64,000 nucleotides of DNA from an uncultured delta proteobacterium (GCA_963743525.1 CAVUQH010000002.1:1-64000), one strand, 5' to 3'. Counted from the stretch's first letter, positions 20,675-37,395 are shown. Program-made: numbers and translations. The notes: generated by a model not told the origin, from the letters alone.

Positions 20675-21889
20675 ATGCTCCGCCGCGCTGCGCTCGCCGC
20701 GCTGGTCGCCGCCTCCCTGTGGGCGTGCAGCCGGCCCATCCCGCACGACGACACGCCGCCCCCTCGCGGCCAGAGCTACGCCGACTATCTGGCCAGCGGC
20801 CAGCCCAAGCCGCCGTCCCGGCCGGCTGACACCAACGACACCGACGAGATGGTCGTCCACGTGATCAACGTCGGCCAGGGCGAGTCGATCCTGCTCGAAT
20901 TCCCGTGCGGCGCCGTGCTGGTCAACACCGGCGGCGAAAAGAACGACCAGTGGGACGGCGTCGCCCACCTGACCGCCTACCTCGACAAGTTCTTCGCCCG
21001 GCGCACCGATCTCGACAAGACCTTCGAGCTGCTGCTGCTCACCCACCCGCACCTCGACCACACCCGCGGGGTCAACGCGATCCTGTCCCGCTACACCGTG
21101 CACAACGTGGTCAACGACGGCATGCACAACGAGTGGCTGGTCCAGGACGGCAAGAAGGTGCCCGACGAGGGCGGCCTCCACCAGATCGCGCTGGAGGCGT
21201 GGGCGCGCAAGCACTCCGACTCGGTCGGCTACGATGCGGTTCGGGTCAACGACATCGGTCCGCGCGGGCTCACCGACGGCGTCATCGATCCGGTCAACGG
21301 CTGCAAGCGATCGATCACCGATCCGCAGATCCGCGCGCTGTGGGGCCAGGAGTTCACCGACCGCGACACCTTCGGCGACAACCCCAACAACCACAGCGTC
21401 GCCCTGCGCGTCAACTTCGGCAAGTCGTCTGTGTTCCTGCCCGGCGACCTCGAGTTCCTGGGCGAGTCCCGGCTGGCCAAGAAGTTCGCCGCCGAGCCGT
21501 CGATCTTCGACGTCAACGTCTACGTCGCCGGCCACCACGGGTCGAAGAACGGCACCAGCAAATACCTGATGGAGGCGATGACCCCCGACCTGGCGGTCAT
21601 CTCCGCCGGCCCGTACGGGCGCACGGCGACCTGGAGCGCGCGCCGTTTCGGCCACCCGCACCGCGACGCCATCAACCACATGACCTCGCGCGAGTACGGC
21701 GTGAAGTGGAACCGACCCGACCCGCTCGACGTCATGGTCGGCGTGCGCGGCGCGTGGAAGGACGAGATCGTCGAGAAGTTCGAGAAGCGCCACATCAGCA
21801 AGGCGGTCTACTGCACCTGCTGGGACGGCGACGTCCAGGTGCACATGAACGCCAACGGCTGGATCCACGTCGAGCACGACGGCAAGTAG
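20675..21889 (+). CDS. ComEC/Rec2-like metallo-beta-lactamase-fold lipoprotein
   Basis: LWAC lipobox, VGQG, THPHLDH, NNHS, PGD, HHGS, FGHPH. Confidence 0.85.
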   Translation: MLRRAALAALVAASLWACSRPIPHDDTPPPRGQSYADYLASGQPKPPSRPADTNDTDEMVVHVINVGQGESILLEFPCGAVLVNTGGEKNDQWDGVAHLTAYLDKFFARRTDLDKTFELLLLTHPHLDHTRGVNAILSRYTVHNVVNDGMHNEWLVQDGKKVPDEGGLHQIALEAWARKHSDSVGYDAVRVNDIGPRGLTDGVIDPVNGCKRSITDPQIRALWGQEFTDRDTFGDNPNNHSVALRVNFGKSSVFLPGDLEFLGESRLAKKFAAEPSIFDVNVYVAGHHGSKNGTSKYLMEAMTPDLAVISAGPYGRTATWSARRFGHPHRDAINHMTSREYGVKWNRPDPLDVMVGVRGAWKDEIVEKFEKRHISKAVYCTCWDGDVQVHMNANGWIHVEHDGK

Positions 21890-21918
21890 CTCGCGCCGCC
21901 GTGCTATAAGCGCCCATC

Positions 21919-22773
21919 ATGGGCATCGACCTCTCCCTCGCCGGCCAGACGACGACGCCGCTCGAGCACACCTATACCTGGCGCGACTGCGTGCTGTACG
22001 CGCTGGGCGTCGGCGCGCACATGCCCGACGACCTGGAGTTCCTGTACGAGGGCCGCGGGCCCAAGGTGCTGCCGACCTTCGCCGTGGTGCCGTCGTTCCG
22101 CACCCTGGTCAACATCGTCGTGAAGCTGGGCGCGTCGGTCACCGCGGTGCTGCACGGCGAACAAAAGGTGGTCCAGCACCGGCCGATTCCGCCCAGCGGC
22201 ACCTTCACCACCGCGGCGACGGTCAAGGGCATCTACGACAAGGGCAAGGGCGCCCTGGTCGTGGTCGAGGCGGCGACCACCGACGAGCGCGGCGAGCCGG
22301 TGTTCGACAACGTCTTCTCAATCTTCGTCCGCGGCTCCGGCGGTTTCGGCGGCGACCGCGGCCCGGCGGCGCTGTCGGCCAATCCGCCCGAGCGCGAGCC
22401 GGACTTCACCTTCACCGAGCGGACCTCGCCGACCCAGGCGGCGCTCTACCGGCTGTCGGGCGACCTCAACCCGCTGCACGTCGCCCCCGAGGTGGCAACC
22501 GCGGCCGGCTTCCAGCACCCGATCCTCCACGGCCTGTGCACCTACGGCTACGCCGGTCGAGCGGTGCTGGCCCGCGCCTGCGGCGGCGACCCGGCCCGGT
22601 TCCGCTCGCTGGCGGCGCGTTTCTCGGGCGTGGTCTTTCCCGGCGACGAGCTGACCACGGCCGGCTGGGAGGTCGAGCCGGGGCGATTCGTCATCCGCGT
22701 GACCAAGCAGGACGGCACGCCGGTGCTCACCAACAGTGTCGCCGAGGTTGCGGCCGCGGCCGCGGCCAGCTAG
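21919..22773 (+). CDS. MaoC-like double hot-dog enoyl-CoA hydratase 2
   Basis: LYALGVG, VLPTF, LHGEQ, YRLSGDLNPLH, ILHGLCTYG. Confidence 0.9.
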   Translation: MGIDLSLAGQTTTPLEHTYTWRDCVLYALGVGAHMPDDLEFLYEGRGPKVLPTFAVVPSFRTLVNIVVKLGASVTAVLHGEQKVVQHRPIPPSGTFTTAATVKGIYDKGKGALVVVEAATTDERGEPVFDNVFSIFVRGSGGFGGDRGPAALSANPPEREPDFTFTERTSPTQAALYRLSGDLNPLHVAPEVATAAGFQHPILHGLCTYGYAGRAVLARACGGDPARFRSLAARFSGVVFPGDELTTAGWEVEPGRFVIRVTKQDGTPVLTNSVAEVAAAAAAS

Positions 22774-22782
22774 ACAAGGGCC

Positions 22783-23613
22783 ATGACGACGCCCTATCAG
22801 CGCGAGATCGAGATCGCGTCCCGCCTGGCTCGCGAGGCCGGGTTGCTCAGCTTGCGCTACCGCGAAGGCGATCTGAAGGTCGAGCTCAAGGCCGGCGACG
22901 AGCCGGTGACGGTTGCCGACCGCCACGCCTCTCGGGTCGTCGTCGAAGGGCTGACCACCGCTTTCCCCGACGACGTGGTCATCTCCGAGGAGAAGCAGGA
23001 CGACCTGCGCCGCCTCGACGCCGAGCGGGTCTGGTACATCGATCCGATCGACGGCACCAAGGATTTCATCCGCGGCGACGAGGGCTTCTGCGTGATGATC
23101 GGCCTCACCGTGGATCACCGGCCGGTGGCCGGCGTCATCTACCAGCCGGTGGGCGACCGGATCTACTGGGGCGCCAAGGAGCGGGGAAGCTGGATGCAGG
23201 CACCCGGCGCCGAGCCAAAGCGGATCCACGTCAGCGACATCAGCAACGTCAACGAGATCCGCTTCGTCGCCTCCAAGAGCCACCGCGGTGGAGAGATCGA
23301 TCAGGTCAAGAGCGCCCTGGGCATCAAGAACGAGTTCAACATCGGCTCGGTCGGGCTCAAGCTGGCGCTGATCGCCCTGGGTGAGCGCGACCTGTACGTG
23401 AATCCGTATCCCAAGTGCAAGACCTGGGATACCTGCGCGCCCGAGGCGCTGCTCAGCGAGGCCGGCGGCCTGATGACCGACGTCCACGGCCAGCCGCTGC
23501 GCTACGACCAGCGCGAGCAGAACCGGCCGCAGGGGATGGTCGCCACCAACGGGCGCATCCACGAGGCCGTCATCGAGAAGCTAGCCGCAGTCTTCCCCAG
23601 GGGACGCTCTTAA
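22783..23613 (+). CDS. cysQ: 3'(2'),5'-bisphosphate nucleotidase (inositol monophosphatase family)
   Basis: PVTVAD, ISEE, WYIDPIDGTKDF, SHR, WDTCAP. Confidence 0.85.
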   Translation: MTTPYQREIEIASRLAREAGLLSLRYREGDLKVELKAGDEPVTVADRHASRVVVEGLTTAFPDDVVISEEKQDDLRRLDAERVWYIDPIDGTKDFIRGDEGFCVMIGLTVDHRPVAGVIYQPVGDRIYWGAKERGSWMQAPGAEPKRIHVSDISNVNEIRFVASKSHRGGEIDQVKSALGIKNEFNIGSVGLKLALIALGERDLYVNPYPKCKTWDTCAPEALLSEAGGLMTDVHGQPLRYDQREQNRPQGMVATNGRIHEAVIEKLAAVFPRGRS

Positions 23614-23737
23614 GTTTCTAAGTTTTTTCCTGTGCAACTCCGGCCAGTTGTACGAAATCACTCGATCCAGCCCGAGTGGTTTCGCGCAAGTTTCGGGAAT
23701 CGCAGACGAAGTTTCTTAGAAACTTAAGAGCGTCCCC
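23600..23737. repeat. 138-bp MITE/REP-like element with perfect 23-bp terminal inverted repeats
   Basis: GGGGACGCTCTTAAGTTTCTAAG (23600-23622) and its exact reverse complement (23715-23737); internal hairpin CGAAATCACTCG/CGAGTGGTTTCG. Confidence 0.85.
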
Positions 23738-25368
23738 TATGGGCGGGTGCCGGGGTAGGTGTCGAAGTAGGCGGCGATGGTCGCCGGGGTGCCGCTGATG
23801 TAGATGACGTCGTCCATGCGGACCAGGAAGTCGGCGCCGAACTCGACGATGACCTCGTCGCGGCGTTCGACGGCGACGACGCTGCAGCCGGTGCGCTCGC
23901 GAATGCGCGCGCCGAGGAGGGGTCGATCGGCCAGGCTGCCGGCAGCCGTCTTGACCAGCTTGATCTCCGGCTGCAAGCTGACCGCCTCCTCGCCGAGCAG
24001 CTGGAACGACAGCAGCTGACCGGCCACCTGCCCCACCGACAGCGCGAAGTCGGCGCCCGCCCGGTGAACCCGCGCGACGTGATCGGCGCTGTTGACGCTG
24101 GCGATGATGGCGGCGTCAACCACCAGCCCGCGCACGACCGCCGCGGCAAAGATGGTCTCGCTGTCGTCCTCCATCGTCAGCAGCACCGCCTGGGCGTCGG
24201 TGACACCGGCCACGGTGAGCAGATCCGGATCGAGCACGTCGCCGGCGACGTCGACCCCTTCGGCCGGCTCGGTGTGGATGACCCGCACCTCTTCGCCGGC
24301 GTCGCTGAGGAACTGCGCCACCTTGCGCCCGACCTCGTGGTAGCCGACCACCACGAAGTGACCGGTGCGCGCAACCCGGGTCGTCAGCTCGCCCAGCCGG
24401 GTGATCGCCTCGTGGCTGCCGGCGGCGACCAGGATGCTGCCCTGCTCCAGCTTTTTGTGCGGTGATGGTCGGGCGTCGAGCTCGCCGCCCACCCACTGGG
24501 CGATGATGGTTGCGCCGGTCTTGTTGCGGACGTCGGCCTCGGCCAGGCTCTTGCCCACCAGGGCGCTGCCGCGGGCGACGCGCACCTCGGCGACCTCGAG
24601 GGCATTGCCCAGCCGCTGGCCTCCACCGGAGACGCGGGGGCTGATCTTGACGCTGGCCTTGGCCGCAAGCGCCGCCGCCAGCGCGTGGCGCGGGGTGAAG
24701 ACTGCGCTGGCCCCGGTGCGCATCAGCGGCGCACGCCGGGCCGGCTTCTCGACCAGCGCGACAATCTTGCCCTCGTAACCCTGCTGCCGGGCGCTGAGGA
24801 TGAGCAGCGCGTCGTCGTGCACACTCTTGTTGGCGACGATGCCGCGGGCGCCGTGGAGATCGCCGAGCAGCTCGTCGTCCTCCTCGAGATCGCCGTAGAC
24901 GACCGTGCGACCGCGCTCCTGCAGCCGGCGGGCGACCGCCAGATCGTCCTCGATCACCACCACCGGGATCTTCTGCCGCTCGAGCTCCTCGGCCAGCGGG
25001 GCCACGGCCGGTCCCCAGCCGTAGATGACGATGTAGCCCTTGCCGCGCGGCACCCTCGTCGGCAGCCGGCCCTCGAACCGCTCCTCGAAGAATGGGATCA
25101 GGAACACGGGAAAGACCAGGAACGCCATGATCACGCCCAGGAACTGCACGCAGATGACGAACCCCTGCATGACCGGGTGCGACCAGGTCGAGTCGGCTCC
25201 GTAGCCGGTAGTGGTGACGGTTTCGGCCGCCCAGCTGAGGGCGGCGCCAAAGCTGCGCTCCTTGCCCTCCAGGTGGTCCATCCCCAGCATGTACAGGAAC
25301 GCCACGACGAACAGCGTCAGCGGCAACGCGCTAATGAGAGCCAGGAGGCGGCGGCTTGACCGTCGCAT
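23737..25368 (-). CDS. Potassium channel with tandem RCK (TrkA-N/C) domains
   Basis: 2 TM helices with TTTGYG selectivity filter, two Rossmann-like and two TrkA-C modules. Confidence 0.9.
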   Translation of the reverse strand: MRRSSRRLLALISALPLTLFVVAFLYMLGMDHLEGKERSFGAALSWAAETVTTTGYGADSTWSHPVMQGFVICVQFLGVIMAFLVFPVFLIPFFEERFEGRLPTRVPRGKGYIVIYGWGPAVAPLAEELERQKIPVVVIEDDLAVARRLQERGRTVVYGDLEEDDELLGDLHGARGIVANKSVHDDALLILSARQQGYEGKIVALVEKPARRAPLMRTGASAVFTPRHALAAALAAKASVKISPRVSGGGQRLGNALEVAEVRVARGSALVGKSLAEADVRNKTGATIIAQWVGGELDARPSPHKKLEQGSILVAAGSHEAITRLGELTTRVARTGHFVVVGYHEVGRKVAQFLSDAGEEVRVIHTEPAEGVDVAGDVLDPDLLTVAGVTDAQAVLLTMEDDSETIFAAAVVRGLVVDAAIIASVNSADHVARVHRAGADFALSVGQVAGQLLSFQLLGEEAVSLQPEIKLVKTAAGSLADRPLLGARIRERTGCSVVAVERRDEVIVEFGADFLVRMDDVIYISGTPATIAAYFDTYPGTRP

Positions 25369-25431
25369 GCCCCTTCAGGTTAGTCTCTCGGCGGCATCCG
25401 CGGCAAAGGCCGGGAGCCGAAAGGGGGATCC

Positions 25432-27489
25432 GTGACCAGAGCTTCGACCGGAATCATTGCGCTCGCGTTGACTGCGCTCCTCGCCTGCTCGGGCGACACC
25501 GGCCCGCAGGGACCCGAAGGACCCCAGGGACCCGACGGCCCGGAAGGACCGATCGCCGCTCCTCCGGTCATCACCGGCATCTCCCCCGACTGGGGCTCCG
25601 CGCTGACCACGGTGACCATCACCGGGCAGAACTTCTCCGACACCGCCGCCGACGATCACGTCACCTTCAACGGGGTCAACGCCACGGTGACCAGCGCGAC
25701 CGCCACCCAGATCGTCGTGCAGCCGTCGCTCGCCACCGACGACGACATGTTCCTGGTGGTCAACGTCGAGGTCGCCAACCAGGTGTCCAACGGCGTGGTC
25801 TTCGAGCTGGTCGCCTCGGGCACCGCCCGGGCCTTGCCGGTGATGCTGCCGAGCAACCCGACCAGCGTGGTCGGCATCGGCAACGACCTGTACATCGCCG
25901 CCGGCGCCGGCCTCAGCCCCCTGGCCGGCCTGTACAAGCGCGACGCGAGCGGCGTGGTCACCCAGGTCTTGCCCGCTCGGGCGCTGCCCAACCTGGGCAC
26001 CGAGGGACCGCAGACGCTGTACGACGGCCCCATCGCGCTGGCCACCGACGGCACCAACCTCTACTACACCACCCTGCTCGGCTCGGTGCGCATGTACGAG
26101 ATCGCCGGCGGTGAGGTGAAAGAGCTTCTCGGCCCGGCGCTCGGCGGCGGCGACGCCTTCCCGCCGCGCACGGCGCTCACCTTCGACAGCAGCGGCAACC
26201 TGTTCGTGCTCGACCGCAACGGCAACGGCAGCAACAACGGCTCGGTGATCGAGGTGTCGGCCAGCGGCGCCATCTCGGCCGCCGGCAACGTCGGCGCCAG
26301 CTCGTGGGGCCTGGCCAGCGACGGGACCGACCTGTTCGCCACCGCCGGCGGCTTCGTGGTCAAGATCGCCGACCCGACCGGGTCGCCGCAGGTCACCACC
26401 CATTCGGCGCGCAGCGCCACCGCCGCCGGTATCACCGTGGTCGGCACCGACGTGGTGGTGTCGTGGGACGACGGCCTGCTGACCAAGGTCCCGGCGGCGA
26501 CAGCCGGCGCCTCCACTCCGTTCGGCGACGCCGCCGGCTACGGTTACCTGGCCCAGGGATTGTGGACCTCGAGCGGCGGCGACCTGTACCTGGCGCAGAG
26601 CGACTCCAGCGCGGTCCGCGAGATCGCCACCGGCCAGAACGATGCCGAGATCGTGGCCGCCGGCGTGCGGGCCGCCTTCTCGACCCTGCGCGTGGGCAGC
26701 GACTGGTACTTCGCCACCATCGGCGGCGCGCTGTTCGGCGGCTCTCTCGGCGACGCGCCCGCTGCGCCCGATGCGGCCATCCTCGAGGTCAAGGCCGACG
26801 GCTCCAGCCGGGTCGTCCACACCGGTCAGCTGCTGGTCGACATGGTCAACGACGGCTCGGGCCAGCTGACGGTCAGCGACTGCCTGGAGCAGCGCATCTT
26901 CACCCTCGACGTCGCCACCGGCGACACCACCGATCAGCTGACCGACGCCGACGGGCTGACCTGCCCGGCCGGCCTGTTCCGCGCCAGCACCGGTGACCTG
27001 TTCTACGTCAACACCGACCTCGGCGGCGTATCGACCAGCACCGTCGGCCAGCTGTCGGGCACGACCAACACCCTCGACTTCGTCACCGGCTTGCCCAAGG
27101 GGATCATCTTCCTGCGCGGCGTCGGCACCACCCTGGTGATGGCCGGGCTCGGCCTGGTCAACAACCCGTCGCCGATCTACCGCGCCACCGCCACCGCCAG
27201 CGGCGACGCCACACCGCTGGTCTCGGCCGGCGTGACCGGCGGCACCGCCGGCCTGTCGGTGGGACCGAACGGCCTGGTCTACACGCTGCGCTTCGCCATC
27301 GGCGACCTGCTCGAGATCGAGCCGACGTCCGGTGAGGTGACGCCGGTCGGCTCGACCCTGATCGACGGGCTGGCCAACTTTGGCCCCGGCGGCAGCGGCT
27401 CGGTCGGCCTGTCGATCGGCTTCCTCGACGACGGCACCAAGGTGATGCTCGACTCCGGCCAGGGCGTGATGGCCGGAGTCGCCCCGTAG
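25432..27489 (+). CDS. Surface lipoprotein with short collagen-like segment, IPT/TIG domain and probable beta-propeller repeats
   Basis: LLAC lipobox, GDTGPQGPEGPQGPDGPEGP, PVITGISP...VTITGQNF, repeated xxDGxxLY blades. Confidence 0.8.
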   Translation: MTRASTGIIALALTALLACSGDTGPQGPEGPQGPDGPEGPIAAPPVITGISPDWGSALTTVTITGQNFSDTAADDHVTFNGVNATVTSATATQIVVQPSLATDDDMFLVVNVEVANQVSNGVVFELVASGTARALPVMLPSNPTSVVGIGNDLYIAAGAGLSPLAGLYKRDASGVVTQVLPARALPNLGTEGPQTLYDGPIALATDGTNLYYTTLLGSVRMYEIAGGEVKELLGPALGGGDAFPPRTALTFDSSGNLFVLDRNGNGSNNGSVIEVSASGAISAAGNVGASSWGLASDGTDLFATAGGFVVKIADPTGSPQVTTHSARSATAAGITVVGTDVVVSWDDGLLTKVPAATAGASTPFGDAAGYGYLAQGLWTSSGGDLYLAQSDSSAVREIATGQNDAEIVAAGVRAAFSTLRVGSDWYFATIGGALFGGSLGDAPAAPDAAILEVKADGSSRVVHTGQLLVDMVNDGSGQLTVSDCLEQRIFTLDVATGDTTDQLTDADGLTCPAGLFRASTGDLFYVNTDLGGVSTSTVGQLSGTTNTLDFVTGLPKGIIFLRGVGTTLVMAGLGLVNNPSPIYRATATASGDATPLVSAGVTGGTAGLSVGPNGLVYTLRFAIGDLLEIEPTSGEVTPVGSTLIDGLANFGPGGSGSVGLSIGFLDDGTKVMLDSGQGVMAGVAP

Positions 27490-27495
27490 GCGCGA

Positions 27496-30317
<2,822 letters not shown>

Positions 30318-30326
30318 CGGACCAGC

Positions 30327-30947
30327 CTACCCGGCGTTCTCACGACCCGCCAGGCCTGCCAGCACACCCTCGGCGGCTTTCCGCGCCTCTTCGATCTCGG
30401 CCTCCATGCCGCCCAGCCACATACGACCGAAGGCGCCAAAGGTGATGACCTCGAGCAGGTGGATGGGCGAGGCCTTCTCGGCCTCGTTGGCCGCCAGCGC
30501 AGCGTAGCCGGCCGGATGCACCTCGAGGATGTACAGGGACTGCCCCGACACGATCATGTCGCCATGGCGCATGCGGTTGATCAGCTGCGACTGGTGGCCG
30601 TCGATGCCGGTGATGATCTGCGACGAGACGATGCGCGGCTTGAGCCGCTCCTCTTCGTGCAGGCCCAGCTCGTCGAGCATGGCGGCGCCGGCGGCGCGCA
30701 CCTGGCCCTGGTCGAAGTCGTGGAGCTCGATCATGCCGTAGGCGCGCTCGACGATCTGCAGGCCGGGCTGGCAGGTGGTCGCCTTGAGCGCGCGATCGGT
30801 GAGCTGGTTGATGGCGATGCCGGGCGCGATCTCGACGAACAGCGCCGCCTGCTGCTCCCGGGGCATGAAGCCCGACGCGACGGTCTGCAGGAAGCCGGTC
30901 AGCTGGGGCTGCAGGTGGTCCAGGAAGGCATAGGTTCGCAGGTCCAT
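30327..30947 (-). CDS. Bacterial microcompartment tandem-domain shell protein (BMC-T)
   Basis: [52 protein letters not shown]; resembles the H. ochraceum satellite BMC-T (from memory). Confidence 0.88.
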   Translation of the reverse strand: MDLRTYAFLDHLQPQLTGFLQTVASGFMPREQQAALFVEIAPGIAINQLTDRALKATTCQPGLQIVERAYGMIELHDFDQGQVRAAGAAMLDELGLHEEERLKPRIVSSQIITGIDGHQSQLINRMRHGDMIVSGQSLYILEVHPAGYAALAANEAEKASPIHLLEVITFGAFGRMWLGGMEAEIEEARKAAEGVLAGLAGRENAG

Positions 30948-30967
30948 GCCCGGGCGAACCTATCACA

Positions 30968-32370
<1,403 letters not shown>

Positions 32371-32378
32371 CGATTCGC

Positions 32379-33383
<1,005 letters not shown>

Positions 33384-33414
33384 GCCGCTCACGGCAGGAA
33401 CCTTTCTCGTACGG

Positions 33415-34257
<843 letters not shown>

Positions 34258-34261
<4 letters not shown>

Positions 34262-34944
34262 GAGGCGTGCGGCATTCCCATGAGGTGGAACGCCCCGAGG
34301 TACAGATGTTGGGTCAGCCACGCCGTTGGAGTGATGATGATCCAGCGCAGCTGCGGAATGAAAATGACGGCCATCAACACGAAGGGGCCGTATACCGCAT
34401 ACCTCTGAAAACCGGGGATCCATCGGTCCGGGAGCAGACCTTCTATGACCGTTCCGCCGTCCAGCGGCGGGGCGGGAATCAGGTTGAAGAACATCAGGGC
34501 CACGTTGAGGCCGACGCCGTACTGCAGGAACCTATTGAAATCGCTGGACACGTCCAGCACCCGGAAATGCAGGAGCGAGGCGTGGACCGCCACCAGAACC
34601 GTGGCCAGGAGCAGGTTCATGGCCGGCCCCGCCGCCGCCACCAGCATGTGGGCCGTCCGCATCCGCAATTTGCGGGTAAACGACAGCGGATTGACCATGA
34701 CCGGCTTGCCCCAGCCGAAGCCGAGGCTGGTTCCGTGGCTCATCACCAGGAACATCAGCGGTGCCAGCAAGGTGCCGATCGGGTCCGCGTGGGCCAGCGG
34801 ATTCAGCGTCACCCGCCCCTGAACCTTGGGCAGCCGATCCCCCAGCTTGTACGCCACGATCGCGTGCCCGAACTCGTGCACCGCGATCGACAAGATCAGG
34901 GTGATCATCCCCAGAAGGATCAGCCGTACGGTTTCCGTATCCAT
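34258..34944 (-). CDS. Site-2 protease (peptidase M50)
   Basis: HEFGH, RVTLNPLAH, AAAGP, FNLIPAPPLDG. Confidence 0.9.
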
Positions 34945-34987
34945 CGAAACTGCCGACACTATGGACGTTTCACCCCCACCCCGCAAC

Positions 34988-35151
34988 GGGGACACGCACG
35001 GGGGATCCAACGCATCGGAATCGCTCCGCTTCTCAGCACAAACGTCCAATCATTTTCCGCCGCCCTGCCGTCGCCGCGGCCGCCAACGATTGGACGTTTG
35101 TGCTGAGATCCTGATTGATTTCAGCGGGTTGGGACCCCCGTGCGTGTCCCC
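34988..35151. repeat. 164-bp MITE/REP-like element made of two 64-bp imperfect inverted arms
   Basis: Perfect 17-bp outer arms GGGGACACGCACGGGGG (34988-35004 / 35135-35151) and perfect 21-bp inner arms TCTCAGCACAAACGTCCAATC (35031-35051 / 35088-35108), separated by 26-bp diverged segments. Confidence 0.85.
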
Positions 35152-36050
35152 TAGGCGCGGGGGTGGTGGCGGCGGTAGAGGTCGAGCAGCCGGGCGCGGG
35201 AGACGTGGGTGTAGATCTGCGTCGTCGACACGTCGGCGTGGCCGAGCATGGCCTGGACCGCGCGGAGGTCGGCGCCGTGCTCGATCAGGTGGGTGGCGAA
35301 CGAGTGGCGGAGCTTGTGCGGGCTGATCGGATCGCGGATGCCGGCGGCGCGGGCGTAGCCGCGGAGCAGCTTCCAGAAGCCCTGGCGGGTCATCGGCTTG
35401 CCGCGACCGGTGAGGAAGATCGCCCGCTCGTTGGGGTTCTTGACAAAGGTCGGGCGCGCGCCGGCCAGGTACTGCTCGAGGACCTCGGCGGCCACTTCGC
35501 CGAGCGGAACCATGCGCTGCTTGCGTCCCTTGCCGGTGACGCGCAGCCAGCCGGCGGCCAGGTTGAGGTCGGGCAGCGACACCCCGACCAGCTCGCTGAC
35601 GCGCAGGCCGGTGGCATAGAGGGTCTCGATCATGGCTGCGTCGCGCAGACCGCGCGGGGTGTTGCGCGGCGGCGCGGCCAGCAGCGCCTCGACCGCGCCT
35701 TCGCCGAGGACGACCGGCAGCCGGCGGCCGATGCGCGGGCCGTCGATGGTCTCGGTCGGATCGGCGTCGAGCAGCCGCTCGCCGACCAGGTAGCGGAACC
35801 AGCCGCGGATGGCGACCAGCGCGCGGGCGCGACTGCGGGCGCCCAACCCTTCGTCGGCGAGCAGCAGCAGGTAGTCGGTCAGCTCGATCGGGCCGACGTG
35901 GTCGACCCGCGCCACGCCGCGGTCGTCGAGGAAGCGGCACAGCCGAGTGAGGTCACGGCTGTACGCCTCGATGGTGTTGGGCGACAGATTGCGCTCGACC
36001 TTGAGGTGAGCGAGAAACTGATCGCACGCGGGGTCCAGCGCCAGAGCCAC
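35151..36050 (-). CDS. xerD: Tyrosine recombinase XerD
   Basis: [65 protein letters not shown]. Confidence 0.9.
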   Translation of the reverse strand: MALALDPACDQFLAHLKVERNLSPNTIEAYSRDLTRLCRFLDDRGVARVDHVGPIELTDYLLLLADEGLGARSRARALVAIRGWFRYLVGERLLDADPTETIDGPRIGRRLPVVLGEGAVEALLAAPPRNTPRGLRDAAMIETLYATGLRVSELVGVSLPDLNLAAGWLRVTGKGRKQRMVPLGEVAAEVLEQYLAGARPTFVKNPNERAIFLTGRGKPMTRQGFWKLLRGYARAAGIRDPISPHKLRHSFATHLIEHGADLRAVQAMLGHADVSTTQIYTHVSRARLLDLYRRHHPRA

Positions 36051-36118
36051 GACCCCGCATTGTCCCACGCACACCGGCGCGGGCAAGAAACCAGAGTGAC
36101 CCAGGGCCGAGCGCGGCG

Positions 36119-36502
36119 CTACACGCCGAGCAGCTCTTTGACCTTGCGCAGCACCTGCGGCGCCTGGATCGGCTTGGTGATGTAGGCGTTGGCGCCCAGC
36201 GCCAGAGCGCGAGCGCGGTCCTCGGCCCCACCCTCGGTGGTAATGACGATGATCGGCACGTCGCGCAGAGCGGCGTCGGCGCGGACCCGCTGCACCAGCT
36301 TGAGGCCGTCCATGATCGGCATGTTGATGTCGGTGAGGATGATGTCCGGCCGGCCTTCGCTGGCCAGCTTCTTCAGGGCCTCGACGCCGTCGCCGGCCTC
36401 CACCGAGCGCATCCCGGGGATGCGGCTCAAGGCGTAGACCAGGAGCTGCCTCATGGTCGGGCTGTCCTCGACTACCAAACAGGTGTACTCGGCCGCGCTC
36501 AT
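36119..36502 (-). CDS. cheY: CheY-like response regulator
   Basis: VVEDS, TDINMP, T, KP; end of the che cluster. Confidence 0.85.
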   Translation of the reverse strand: MSAAEYTCLVVEDSPTMRQLLVYALSRIPGMRSVEAGDGVEALKKLASEGRPDIILTDINMPIMDGLKLVQRVRADAALRDVPIIVITTEGGAEDRARALALGANAYITKPIQAPQVLRKVKELLGV

Positions 36503-36518
36503 GCTCCCTCGATTGCCA

Positions 36519-37373
36519 TTACTCGATTAGCGCCCGGTATTCTTCCACGGTTCCAACCGCGTCACCCGCGCCGCTGCGCGCACGCGCCGCCAGCCGCGCG
36601 GCTTCGAGAGCGCGCCCTGCGCCGGTCCACAAGAGCTCGAACATCCGCCGGTCCAGCTCTCCCAGCGCTTCCTTCTGCGACAGGAAACACCAGACCGCGA
36701 CGGCGCCGACCACGCGATCACCCTCGCGCAGCCCGAACACCACCGTCGGATCCTGCTTGCCCGGCTCGCGCCGCAGCTTGCACGCGTCCGGCTCGAGGAA
36801 CGGCTCGCCGCCGGCCGCCACCGCGCCCAGCACGCCGGGGCCCGGCGCCACCGGCACCAGCGTGTCCGGGTCGACGCCTTCCACGGCCAGGACGTGCAGC
36901 TTGCCGTCGTCGCCGATCGCGTACAGCGCAAACCGCTGGGCGCCGACGAAGTTGAGCAACACCTCGATGATCACCTGCACGACCTCGAACACCTCGAGGC
37001 TGGCGTGCAGCTGACTCTGCGCCACGTACAGGCTGGCCAGGTCGCTGGCCTCGCGCTCCATCTCGCCGTAGCGGTCGGCAAAGCGCGCGCTCTCGCTCTC
37101 GACGGTGTCGACCCGGGCCAACAGGCGCTGTTTCTCTTCTTCCAGGGCGTGGAGCTTTTGCAGCAGCTCGTCCAGGGTGCCCTGCGACGGCGCCGGCCGC
37201 CCGGCCGTGGCCAGCTCTTCCTCGAGCTGAACGATCCGCTTGCGCAGACGGTCGTTCTCGCGAAGCAGATCGCGGGTTAGCTGCGCCCCCTTCTTGAAGA
37301 ACGACTCCAAGAACTCGCGCTTCTTCGTGAGGAGGCCACTCTCCTCAGGATCGCGATCGGACGGGTCGTCCAT
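36519..37373 (-). CDS. Coiled-coil plus GAF-like domain protein
   Basis: Heptad region followed by LYVAQSQLHASL...VLLNFVGA GAF-like segment; TACGAT 7 nt before ATG 37373. Confidence 0.75.
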   Translation of the reverse strand: MDDPSDRDPEESGLLTKKREFLESFFKKGAQLTRDLLRENDRLRKRIVQLEEELATAGRPAPSQGTLDELLQKLHALEEEKQRLLARVDTVESESARFADRYGEMEREASDLASLYVAQSQLHASLEVFEVVQVIIEVLLNFVGAQRFALYAIGDDGKLHVLAVEGVDPDTLVPVAPGPGVLGAVAAGGEPFLEPDACKLRREPGKQDPTVVFGLREGDRVVGAVAVWCFLSQKEALGELDRRMFELLWTGAGRALEAARLAARARSGAGDAVGTVEEYRALIE

Positions 37374-37395
37374 TCGATTCATCGTACCACGGGGC

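Noticed and set aside
35151..36050. Tyrosine recombinase as a second mobile-element integrase
   Set aside because: Has XerD-specific motifs and sits in the usual xerD-S2P-scpAB-rluB core neighbourhood
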